A DNA stretch of 64,000 nucleotides from a virus. Lineage: Duplodnaviria; Heunggongvirae; Uroviricota; Caudoviricetes. The stretch covers positions 30,889-94,888 of IMG/VR virus record IMGVR_UViG_3300038548_000082. One strand, 5' to 3'. A model generated the notes under the pieces. It was not told where the DNA came from. It saw only the letters and a program-made list of their open reading frames with translations, and ran no database searches. Positions 8,688-16,455 of this stretch are shown piece after piece (positions within the stretch are counted from its first letter, which is position 1; each line of letters begins with the position of its first letter). The translations under genes were made by a program, and so were the position numbers.

Positions 8688-8975
8688 ATGATATATTCAA
8701 CCATTACAACTGTTAAGAAAACTATTAACGTATTACCTCATAAAGTGCCAGCTATCAAAGATGCAGCTGCGAGGGGTGAGCAAGTTTTCTTCACTAATAG
8801 TGGCTATAATGCTAACAAAGGCACGGTACTCTTTGATGGTGGCTTAAATTATCATGTGTATGGTGGTAAACTGGGTCTAAGTCAAGAAACCATTGAACAA
8901 TTACAAGCTAAAGGCTTGGGTATTCTGGACACAACAAAAGGCTTTTTTCAATTCGCGTATTATGAAAATAAGTAA
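8688..8975 (+). CDS. hypothetical protein
   Basis: ORF track. Confidence 0.5.
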   Translation: MIYSTITTVKKTINVLPHKVPAIKDAAARGEQVFFTNSGYNANKGTVLFDGGLNYHVYGGKLGLSQETIEQLQAKGLGILDTTKGFFQFAYYENK

Positions 8976-8983
8976 ATAAATAC

Positions 8984-9011
8984 TTGCTAATAGCTGTCAG
9001 AGTGTTAAGAT
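8984..9011 (+). promoter_or_regulatory. sigma70-like promoter (TTGCTA-16-TAAGAT)
   Basis: Sequence boxes + conserved leader. Confidence 0.55.
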
Positions 9012-9043
9012 AGCTACAACTTAAACAGAAAGAGTATAAGACA

Positions 9044-9436
9044 ATGAACAACCCAAACATGATTAAAACAGCCCGTAATATCCTAGAAACTTCTATCAAT
9101 GCCGTAGATGCTAGCCCTAGCGATTACACGCTAACAGAGCTAAAGGAGCTTATGGCTGAAATTCTAGACAACACAGAGGTTGACTATTGTCTAGAGTTAG
9201 ACGGTTTTGGTGAGGTTCGTTTAATTCATTCAGATGATATGGCTGAAATCTGGACCGAATCACTACTTGAGCAAATTAAAGACTGTTATGAACTTGATAA
9301 GATTCCCGCCTTTGTTTCTATTGATTGGGAACAGACCGTCGAAAATTGCAAGATTGACGGCATGGGTCACCACTTTTCTAGTTATGATGGCAACGAATAC
9401 AGCTCAGGGGACTGGTATATATTCAGAACTAACTAA
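9044..9436 (+). CDS. hypothetical acidic protein
   Basis: ORF track. Confidence 0.5.
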   Translation: MNNPNMIKTARNILETSINAVDASPSDYTLTELKELMAEILDNTEVDYCLELDGFGEVRLIHSDDMAEIWTESLLEQIKDCYELDKIPAFVSIDWEQTVENCKIDGMGHHFSSYDGNEYSSGDWYIFRTN

Positions 9437-9459
9437 ACCAAGTTATTTTAACAAAGTGC

Positions 9460-9488
9460 TTTACATTGTGAGAGCACTTGATTAAGAT
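9460..9488 (+). promoter_or_regulatory. promoter (TTTACA-17-TAAGAT) with inverted repeat AAGTGCT/AGCACTT in spacer
   Basis: Sequence. Confidence 0.5.
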
Positions 9489-9520
9489 AGCTACAACTTA
9501 AACAAAACGAGTACAGCTCA

Positions 9521-9604
9521 ATGATTAATCTAAATAATGTAGTTAAAGGTGTTTCTTGGGGTTCTATCTTGTTGACAGTAGTCACCGTAGCTTTAGGGGC
9601 CTAA
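9521..9604 (+). CDS. 27-aa hydrophobic peptide
   Basis: ATG directly after conserved leader; single TM-like segment. Confidence 0.3.
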   Translation: MINLNNVVKGVSWGSILLTVVTVALGA

Positions 9605-9608
9605 AACA

Positions 9609-9749
9609 ATGTTAGATACTGCAATTACGCTAACAGGTCTATTTGTCTTTGTAATGGTTTTCGCTATTGGTGGTAGTGTTATTACCAACAAACTGTTAAA
9701 ATCGCTTAAAACGCCTCTCAGGGGCGCTACAAAGCATCCAACTAATTAA
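9609..9749 (+). CDS. 46-aa small membrane peptide
   Basis: ATG 5 nt after previous stop; hydrophobic N-terminus, basic C-terminus. Confidence 0.3.
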   Translation: MLDTAITLTGLFVFVMVFAIGGSVITNKLLKSLKTPLRGATKHPTN

Positions 9750-9837
9750 GAGAATGTATAGAAAAAGCTTGCTATTAGGATTAGTAAGCTTTAATATGTA
9801 GTTTCTTTCAACAGTAAAGCAAAAGCGAGTGCAATTT

Positions 9838-10068
9838 ATGAGTAATGTCGTGTTAGTAGCAACTAGTTATACAGGTTTTTTAAATTCTCAAAAAGCTGTC
9901 AAGGAAGCTTTTGATAATGACAAGGATTTCATTATTAAAAACGTTACAGACAGGTACTATGGTAAACCCTGTAATAAGTCGGATTTGTTACAAGCTACAG
10001 AGTATAATTGTGCTCAAATTTATTATGGTAAGAATAACGCTAAAGTGGTTTGTATTTATTTCAAATAA
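9838..10068 (+). CDS. hypothetical protein
   Basis: ORF track (start moved to MSNVVL). Confidence 0.45.
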   Translation: MSNVVLVATSYTGFLNSQKAVKEAFDNDKDFIIKNVTDRYYGKPCNKSDLLQATEYNCAQIYYGKNNAKVVCIYFK

Positions 10069-10071
10069 GTG

Positions 10072-10099
10072 TTGCATTGTTCTCAAAAGTCTGTAATAT
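10072..10099 (+). promoter_or_regulatory. promoter (TTGCAT-16-TAATAT), leader family 2 (CTTACTTACTTA)
   Basis: Sequence. Confidence 0.5.
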
Positions 10100-10133
10100 A
10101 GATCTTACTTACTTAGACAAGCAAGGCAGCGAC

Positions 10134-10253
10134 ATGAAACAGCATACTAAAGACATACTAGGCGGATTCGTTCAAGTGGTTGAAGTGGCTGACCATGGCA
10201 TAGTAGTTAGCTTGGTTGTCAAGTGTTTATTTCTTACAATTATTATTAAATAA
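10134..10253 (+). CDS. 39-aa small hydrophobic protein
   Basis: Internal ATG downstream of promoter. Confidence 0.35.
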   Translation: MKQHTKDILGGFVQVVEVADHGIVVSLVVKCLFLTIIIK

Positions 10254-10366
10254 GCCGCCACTTTGAGAGAGTGCGAACAGGTCGCTAGTAGGGATTCCAA
10301 ATCTCGAACGCGCCTTATTAGGTATGCTCAAAGCTGGCGCAATTATTATTAAATAGGGTTGACATT

Positions 10367-10618
10367 ATGAAAGCTTTAGTAACTATTAATTCAGTATTGA
10401 CTGTTATCATTAGTGGTCGTGGGTGTCAAGAAATTGACGATAAAACAGCTAAGTTAGTTAGTGCTGGCAATCCTGATAATAAGATTAATAGCTGGTATGT
10501 TGAATATGAGAAAAAGTCAAATACAGCGCCAGTTATCAGTATCCATAAAAACGCTAGTTTGGATCTTTACAAACAAGCGTATGAGACAATCGAAAACTTC
10601 CATAAATATCGTAAATAA
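10367..10618 (+). CDS. hypothetical protein
   Basis: ORF track. Confidence 0.5.
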   Translation: MKALVTINSVLTVIISGRGCQEIDDKTAKLVSAGNPDNKINSWYVEYEKKSNTAPVISIHKNASLDLYKQAYETIENFHKYRK

Positions 10619-10621
10619 GTG

Positions 10622-10648
10622 TTGACAGCTTAAGCCAAGGTCTATAAT
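10622..10648 (+). promoter_or_regulatory. promoter (TTGACA-15-TATAAT), leader family 2
   Basis: Sequence. Confidence 0.6.
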
Positions 10649-10690
10649 ATAGGCCTTACTTACTTAAACAAGCAATCAGGATTACAGAAT

Positions 10691-11086
10691 ATGAGCATTT
10701 TTACTAAATCAACAGTTATCGCATCCTACCCAGCATATGACATTATTAAGCGCGAAAAAGCTAGACAAGGTTATGTCAATCTTGTAGCTGGTGAGACCTT
10801 GGTAAAGTCTGACCATTTAGGCAGCTACAAAATCAATAGTGCGGTATCTTATGCCCTAGAGAATAATCAAGATCCTATTGAATCGTATAATCAGTGCCTG
10901 TCTAATGGTGACGATACCCATTGGATTAACGCTCAAGCGTCTAGCCTATCAGATTGCAAGGAAGCTAAAAAAGTTCATATTGAGATTGACTTTGAAACAA
11001 CTTATATGTTTGAGGGTAAATGGTTCAATATTAAGCCATCTGCTAATAACAACCTAAGGTTAGTACCGGCAACTTTTATCTTGTAA
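10691..11086 (+). CDS. hypothetical protein
   Basis: ORF track. Confidence 0.5.
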   Translation: MSIFTKSTVIASYPAYDIIKREKARQGYVNLVAGETLVKSDHLGSYKINSAVSYALENNQDPIESYNQCLSNGDDTHWINAQASSLSDCKEAKKVHIEIDFETTYMFEGKWFNIKPSANNNLRLVPATFIL

Positions 11087-11093
11087 TTAAGTG

Positions 11094-11122
11094 TTGACAA
11101 GGGGCGCAAGCCCCTATACTAT
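11094..11122 (+). promoter_or_regulatory. promoter TTGACA-[AGGGGCGCAAGCCCCT hairpin]-TATACT
   Basis: Sequence; GNRA-loop hairpin inside spacer. Confidence 0.55.
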
Positions 11123-11153
11123 AGCTACTCATTAAACAAAACGAGCAAAGATT

Positions 11154-11531
11154 ATGAAAACCTTTATTTTCTGGAATCCTGAAAAAGTTAGCGGTAACAC
11201 TACTCTCAACGGTTATACGTGTACCGTAGGGGAGCTACAAACCTTTGAAGCGGAGGAGAGTATTAGTATTAGTAGCACTCTATCGTTAGTTGATGAGGAG
11301 CAAGCCAAGGCGTTTGTAGAAGCTGTTTTATGTGAAGGTGACTTAGAGCTACGCTATGCTGAAATAATAGACTTCCAGAAGCTCTTATCAGTAATGGAGT
11401 GCTTGATTGATACAGTACAGAGTACTACAGACCTAGAAAATGTCTATGATGACAGCAAAGAACAGTCTTTTAGCTGGCAGGAAGTTATGGAACAGTACCA
11501 AGTATTAAAAGTACTTGCTAAGGTTGAATAA
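11154..11531 (+). CDS. hypothetical acidic protein
   Basis: ORF track. Confidence 0.5.
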   Translation: MKTFIFWNPEKVSGNTTLNGYTCTVGELQTFEAEESISISSTLSLVDEEQAKAFVEAVLCEGDLELRYAEIIDFQKLLSVMECLIDTVQSTTDLENVYDDSKEQSFSWQEVMEQYQVLKVLAKVE

Positions 11532-11534
11532 GTG

Positions 11535-11563
11535 TTGACAAGGGGCGCAAGCCCCTATACTAT
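11535..11563 (+). promoter_or_regulatory. promoter TTGACA-[hairpin]-TATACT (duplicate of 11094 module)
   Basis: Near-identical 60-bp module. Confidence 0.55.
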
Positions 11564-11594
11564 AGCTACTCATTCAACAAAACGAGCAAAGACT

Positions 11595-11858
11595 ATGAAA
11601 ACTTCAAAAACCGTATTGTCAGACGCGATTTTCTACTGCATGCAAAGTGAAAAGCTTTGGGACCATAACGACCAAAAATTTAAGGTTTGTGTTGACGTTT
11701 TGCAGCTGCCTTGCTTGATTGATGGGGTGACTGTTAGCGGTCAAAGCATCGTTGACTATGCTAGTGACATGAAAGAGCTGTATGCTGAGGGTAGCTACAG
11801 CCCTAGCGAGTTTCATGACATGTTTATAAGTGTTGAGAATTTCTTAGAGATCCAATAA
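11595..11858 (+). CDS. hypothetical protein
   Basis: Internal ATG after promoter/leader; ORF-track start 11532 would read through promoter. Confidence 0.5.
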   Translation: MKTSKTVLSDAIFYCMQSEKLWDHNDQKFKVCVDVLQLPCLIDGVTVSGQSIVDYASDMKELYAEGSYSPSEFHDMFISVENFLEIQ

Positions 11859-11865
11859 ATAAGTG

Positions 11866-11896
11866 TTGACAAGGGGCTAGCGCCCCTATACTATGG
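11866..11896 (+). promoter_or_regulatory. promoter TTGACA-[AGGGGCTAGCGCCCCT palindrome]-TATACT
   Basis: Sequence. Confidence 0.55.
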
Positions 11897-11928
11897 TTAC
11901 TCTTTAAACGAATACAGGAATTAAACAA

Positions 11929-12099
11929 ATGTACTGCATTTACAGTCTAAACCATACTAGCCAGAAAACATATCTCACAGACTTGGATGGCGAGCGTGTA
12001 ATCTACACAAAGGAGCTAGCAGAGCAACAACTAGAAATCTTTGAACAATTACCGTATAAGTCTTTGTATGTTACTTGGCATATGATCAAATATAGCTAA
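11929..12099 (+). CDS. 56-aa hypothetical protein
   Basis: ATG after leader family 1 variant. Confidence 0.4.
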   Translation: MYCIYSLNHTSQKTYLTDLDGERVIYTKELAEQQLEIFEQLPYKSLYVTWHMIKYS

Positions 12100-12125
12100 T
12101 ACAATCCAGCGAAAGCCTACAAAAC

Positions 12126-12155
12126 CTCTAGTGGTTATCTGCTAGGGGTTTTTCT
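12126..12155 (+). terminator. rho-independent terminator ending early cassette
   Basis: CCTCTAG-loop-CTAGGGG + TTTTT. Confidence 0.6.
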
Positions 12156-12181
12156 ACATCTAGTGCCTACCAACAGTCTAT

Positions 12182-12218
12182 ACCACAACATGTAGTATGA
12201 TACCATATGTTGTGGTAC
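12182..12218. repeat. 11-bp inverted repeat hairpin (TACCACAACAT / ATGTTGTGGTA); partial third copy at ~12311
   Basis: Sequence; also CTACATCTAGTG direct repeats at 12154 and 12237. Confidence 0.6.
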
Positions 12219-12887
12219 AAGTGAACCAATAACACTACATCTAGTGGTATATAAAAACTCTGTTTAATATAACAAAACGTTCTAGGTTAATTTATAACCA
12301 CTACCACTACATGTTGTGGTTTGCAAGTTATTTTTAACTATTATGAACTGTATTCTAAAATAGTGTGGTACAATCTCTATAAGGGTTTTTATAAGGTCTT
12401 ACAAAGCAGTTAAACGCACTATAAAAAGGTTTGTAAGCGAGTATAGCAGCTCCTCAAGAGAATAGATATACCCATAAGGCATAGCCAAAGGGTATAGAGT
12501 GTAAATACTATAAGAGACGTTTAAAGGCCTTTAAAGAGTATGATATTAAATAGGCCTTTTAAAACGTTTTAAGTAGAGTAAAACTTAATCACTCTAGTAT
12601 CGGCTTTGCCTACTACCTCTATTAATACTAGCCTTATAGCGAATAGGCGAGCCGTTAAAGCTCTTATAAGCGAGTTTGCCTAGCATCCTATAAAGAGGGT
12701 AGGGTATAAGCTAACATTGCTTACAGGCTACTATAGGGGCTATGAGAGTTGTCAAGTGTTATTAGCTGCTAATATGAGTTGTAAATTCTTCTACATTGTC
12801 TCTTATTCTCTCTTATGGGTTAGACCCCCTCACATCTTTCCACATATGTCAAGCTTTATTTTAATTATTTCCTCTCGTTAATAAGTG

Positions 12888-13340
12888 TTGACAATACCCT
12901 ACCAGCATGCTAGGCGTATCACTCTAGCTGCTAAGCAATTACCATGCCAGAACTTTCCAATAGTGTGAGCATACTAACAGCCCCTTGTCAACCCTTAATT
13001 AATCCTTGACAATACCCTTGCCCTATGCTAGGGCTATTCCAATCCTCATAGCACACACAAGGCCCCTTGTCAACCCTTGACATTATGTTATCAGTATGCT
13101 ATGAACATCGGTATAGTGTGAGCATACTCTACACTCTATGTCAACCCTTGACAGTATGCTGATAGTATGCTAGTGATGATGAGGTGTTGACAAGGAGTTA
13201 ACAGTATGCTAGCCACAGCATGAGAATGATTCGTATTAGCCATATGATAATGATTCGCATTCAACTAATAATACTTGACAAGGCGATGATAGTATGATAG
13301 TGATAATTAATAGTTGACAAGGCATTGATAGTATGCTAGG
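12888..13340. repeat. array of ~10 units TTGACA-N11-(G/C)(T/C)ATGCTAG, 7 direct and 3 inverted
   Basis: Direct units at 12888, 13006, 13077, 13148, 13187, 13275, 13314; inverted (CCCCTTGTCAACCCTT ... GAGCATACT) at ~12966-12993, 13046-13078, 13121-13150. Confidence 0.75.
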
Positions 13341-13386
13341 AGGATGATGAGAATGATAGTGCGAATGATAATGATTCGTATTCAAT
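13229..13386. repeat. AATGATTCG(T/C)ATT repeat family (inverse orientation of 5800-5900 family)
   Basis: GCGAATGATAATGATTCGTATTC (13362-13384) is 20/23 reverse-complement match to 5853-5875. Confidence 0.65.
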
Positions 13387-13591
13387 AAAAATATTCTTAA
13401 AAACCTATTGACTTTTGATATGGTTTTGTGGTACGGTTAAACACCTATACCGATAAGTTCAAATATTCAAAAGGTACTTCAAAGGGTTAACAACGTTAGG
13501 AGGATATTCTCCCTATAGGAGACAGGAGAAACCCCTTTCAATTGCTGATCGGGGTTATAAAAATTTGGAATTGTGAGGAAGAGGTGTACAA

Positions 13592-13798
13592 TTATTGATC
13601 AATCTTGAAATGGTTCTTAAATGTAGTAGCACTTACATACCCTATCATCCCTCCTGTGTCACACCTACTCAGACGATACCGTTCAATCCCTCTGAAGCCT
13701 CCTAAGGGAGTTGCTACTACTTTGTCATGTAGTTGGTAACGTCCTCTTTGGTCTCTGACAATAGCCACAGCATAGACGTTCTTACCTTTTAGTTCCAT
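13592..13798 (-). CDS. hypothetical protein
   Basis: ORF track, minus-strand block. Confidence 0.4.
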   Translation of the reverse strand: MELKGKNVYAVAIVRDQRGRYQLHDKVVATPLGGFRGIERYRLSRCDTGGMIGYVSATTFKNHFKIDQ

Positions 13799-13975
13799 TT
13801 ATAAATCACCAGATAGTCTCTTGTGTACTCTCCTGTCTTGTCATTCTGTACCAAGGGTGAGGTAGGTACTATCTGAACCACAGCTACCGTTCTAGGGAGT
13901 GCATTAATCACATTTTTAAGTTTGGTAGCAGTACAGTCCTTAGCTTCATTACACATTGTCATATATTACTACCTC

Positions 13976-14167
13976 CTATATTATCACACAACTGAAGATC
14001 CGATAAGTCTCTTCTAAATACCTAGCAGTCAGTGGCATACACTCGTTATCCTCATCATCCCAAGAGAAAGTGATAGGACGCCCGTCTTCGTCTCTGAACT
14101 GATCAACCTCGTCTCTGACACACTGAGGTGCTCCTCCTAAACCTATTACAATTGAATCCCTACTCAT
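13976..14167 (-). CDS. hypothetical protein
   Basis: ORF track. Confidence 0.4.
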   Translation of the reverse strand: MSRDSIVIGLGGAPQCVRDEVDQFRDEDGRPITFSWDDEDNECMPLTARYLEETYRIFSCVII

Positions 14168-14168
14168 G

Positions 14169-14360
14169 TTAATCTCCCATAACAGTTAGTTCTAATGCTT
14201 GTGTTATATGTCTCTTTATGATCCGGTAGCTCTCCTTCCCGTCTAATAGAGTACCATCATCATAAGCTAGTAGGAACTCCAGTTCGTTGTCAATCACATC
14301 ATGAATGATCTTGAAGCCACTCCCATCGTATTTAAGATTTGCCATACTCTTAACCTCCAC
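14169..14360 (-). CDS. hypothetical protein
   Basis: ORF track. Confidence 0.4.
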   Translation of the reverse strand: MEVKSMANLKYDGSGFKIIHDVIDNELEFLLAYDDGTLLDGKESYRIIKRHITQALELTVMGD

Positions 14361-14733
14361 TTCTAGCTATAATATTAATATCCTGTTTACAGGTAGGGCT
14401 ATAATCGTAACCACCTTTAAAGATCTTGCAAACATTAGGATGGTTCTCTGTATCTCTTATCTTGCATCCTACACCAACTTCCAAAGCCCTGCAAGTAAAG
14501 AACCCAGCAGTCTTTAAATACGCCTTGTTGTCCTCTAGTGTAAAGATATAAGGGTTTATCTTCTTAGCCCTACGCTTCGAAATAGGTGTCCAGTACTTAC
14601 GGAGTAACCTACCATCAGTGTAACGTTTCGGATCTTTTAGAAGGTTAGGCCAAACCTTAGCGGGGATGTGAATTACCTCGCAACATTTGGTACACCTACC
14701 TGTAGTGGATATGCAACTCATACCACCCTCCAC
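14350..14733 (-). CDS. hypothetical Cys-rich protein
   Basis: ORF track; multiple CxxC. Confidence 0.45.
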   Translation of the reverse strand: MEGGMSCISTTGRCTKCCEVIHIPAKVWPNLLKDPKRYTDGRLLRKYWTPISKRRAKKINPYIFTLEDNKAYLKTAGFFTCRALEVGVGCKIRDTENHPNVCKIFKGGYDYSPTCKQDINIIARSGG

Positions 14734-14963
14734 TTATATGTGTATTTACGTCTACCTTTAATAAAGTTCTTATTTGATTTTATCACAATTAACATTACAT
14801 CTACGGGTAGGTGTCGATGAAGTTGATACTGAAGGTGTTTGGTGTTACAAAACTTGGGTACTGTGATTATAAGGATTCCTCCTATCACACTCTCCGTGAT
14901 GTCAGCTCTCCACACCCCTGTCAACTTTAAGACGTTTTTTACATCTTGTCTAGTCTTTATCAT
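14718..14963 (-). CDS. hypothetical protein
   Basis: ORF track. Confidence 0.4.
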   Translation of the reverse strand: MIKTRQDVKNVLKLTGVWRADITESVIGGILIITVPKFCNTKHLQYQLHRHLPVDVMLIVIKSNKNFIKGRRKYTYKWRVV

Positions 14964-14972
14964 ACTAACCTC

Positions 14973-15440
14973 CTATATATTACCTGTTGCTAAATACTTA
15001 ACCTTATCCCATAAAGTCGCTTTAGGGTCTTCTTCAAACCTTGTCTCCCACGTTTGAGGGGGTGTGGGGTTAGGTGCTAAGGGTGTGTTAAAATACGAAA
15101 TAGCCTTTTCTAATTGTGTATCCAGTAACTCCCTCTGAGAAGGAATAGTATGAGAATTTTTAGTGAAAGTATACAACTCCTCTACCTCTCCTGTCCCTAC
15201 ATTAGTCCTGAACTTAAGTCTAGGCTTCTCAACATCTTGTTCTTCCAATGTAAGGAGTTCCTCGACTGCTCTAGCTATGGTGATCATACCAGAACCTAGG
15301 ATATGATTCAACCCTACCTTATCTGTGTACCACGCCTCAAACTCTTCACCAGAGTCAAACTTGTCTAGGTAGTCATTGTATATTCCTGCACCAGTACTAT
15401 GGTACTGTTCATACCACTTGAGTGTTTTTCTTTTAAACAT
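14973..15440 (-). CDS. hypothetical protein
   Basis: ORF track. Confidence 0.5.
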   Translation of the reverse strand: MFKRKTLKWYEQYHSTGAGIYNDYLDKFDSGEEFEAWYTDKVGLNHILGSGMITIARAVEELLTLEEQDVEKPRLKFRTNVGTGEVEELYTFTKNSHTIPSQRELLDTQLEKAISYFNTPLAPNPTPPQTWETRFEEDPKATLWDKVKYLATGNI

Positions 15441-15443
15441 AGA

Positions 15444-15641
15444 CTATTCCTGTACCCTGAATATCTCAGAGAGTTCCTTAGCTTTAAACATAATCCACTC
15501 ATTATCAAGTCGGTAAGTTTCTTGACCATCTTTACTCTCCACAAGCAGTGACCCCTCTACAGTGATATCCGTGTACCCTGTGTTGGTTCTTGAAACCAAA
15601 GTACTAGCTACTTTTGATAGCTGATTGTTTGTGGGTCTCAT
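15444..15641 (-). CDS. hypothetical protein
   Basis: ORF track. Confidence 0.4.
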   Translation of the reverse strand: MRPTNNQLSKVASTLVSRTNTGYTDITVEGSLLVESKDGQETYRLDNEWIMFKAKELSEIFRVQE

Positions 15642-15937
15642 TATGAAGTCTCCTTAGGGTACACTATCACCTCAGCCTCGTCTCTAGCTTCCTTAGCTAC
15701 TAACAACGCCTTAGCGTATTCACAGGCTTTGATAATAGTGTCTAAGGAACTTGGGTTATCAGTCCTAATCTCTAAGAAAGGGGTACGAACTTCTTCCTCA
15801 AGATTTTCTCTAGACACAAGATCACCTGCTTCACGTTCAATGTTACTTGTTGCGAGGACTATAGCAGCCACTCCACTTGATTTGTAAATACCTGCACTTA
15901 CTACTGTCTTACCATCACCTAATTCTAAGGTAAACAT
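15641..15937 (-). CDS. hypothetical protein
   Basis: ORF track. Confidence 0.45.
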   Translation of the reverse strand: MFTLELGDGKTVVSAGIYKSSGVAAIVLATSNIEREAGDLVSRENLEEEVRTPFLEIRTDNPSSLDTIIKACEYAKALLVAKEARDEAEVIVYPKETS

Positions 15938-15966
15938 ATTAATTCTCCTTATGGTTAAAGTTATCT

Positions 15967-16449
15967 CTACAGCCCTTGCTGTACATAGAAGTCATTAAGT
16001 TTAAACTTACTCTTAGCTTCACCCAAGATAGTGAAAGCTTCATGATACTTCTGCACACGTAGTGCATCCTTAACTGACAGCCCCTTTAAACGTGTGATAC
16101 AAGAGTTATGCTCCAGATCCTTACGCTTAACTCGTATGGCATCTAAGTTAGTTGTGATACCTGCAATGTAGGTCTCAAGATAGTCATCACCATCTTTGTG
16201 GGTTAACAAGTCTAATGCACCACGAACACGAGAGCTAAACCCCTCTACCAGAAGATACCCCATAGTGATTTGACTATCCTCAATCACATCATGTAACACA
16301 GCGATAGTTGCTAGCTGTGTATCAAACATTAATTGATTCATCAAATGCAGTGGATGTAAGATATAAGGTTTACCACCCTTATCGAACTGTCCTGTGTGAG
16401 CTTTTGTGGCTATCTCAATAGCTGTTGCTAGTTGTTCCATTTCGTTCAT
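15967..16449 (-). CDS. HD-domain (p)ppGpp hydrolase-like (small alarmone hydrolase / SpoT-hydrolase-like)
   Basis: KGGKPYILHPLHLMNQL and AVLHDVIEDS motifs = RelA/SpoT HD hydrolase signature. Confidence 0.7.
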   Translation of the reverse strand: MNEMEQLATAIEIATKAHTGQFDKGGKPYILHPLHLMNQLMFDTQLATIAVLHDVIEDSQITMGYLLVEGFSSRVRGALDLLTHKDGDDYLETYIAGITTNLDAIRVKRKDLEHNSCITRLKGLSVKDALRVQKYHEAFTILGEAKSKFKLNDFYVQQGL

Positions 16450-16455
16450 ATATAA

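Noticed and set aside
9234-9485. 83-aa ORF overlapping 9044-9436 and running through the 9460 promoter
   Set aside because: It is out of frame with, and overlaps, a better ORF, and it would read through promoter and leader. Likely spurious.
12888-13340. Possible CRISPR array
   Set aside because: The units are not constant-length repeats separated by unique spacers. They are promoter-like bipartite motifs occurring in both orientations with irregular spacing, and no cas genes are nearby.
13505-13525. T7-like promoter resemblance (CTCCCTATAGGAGA)
   Set aside because: It is only an imperfect palindrome. It lacks the TAATACGACTCACTATAG core, and there is no phage RNA polymerase gene in the window.
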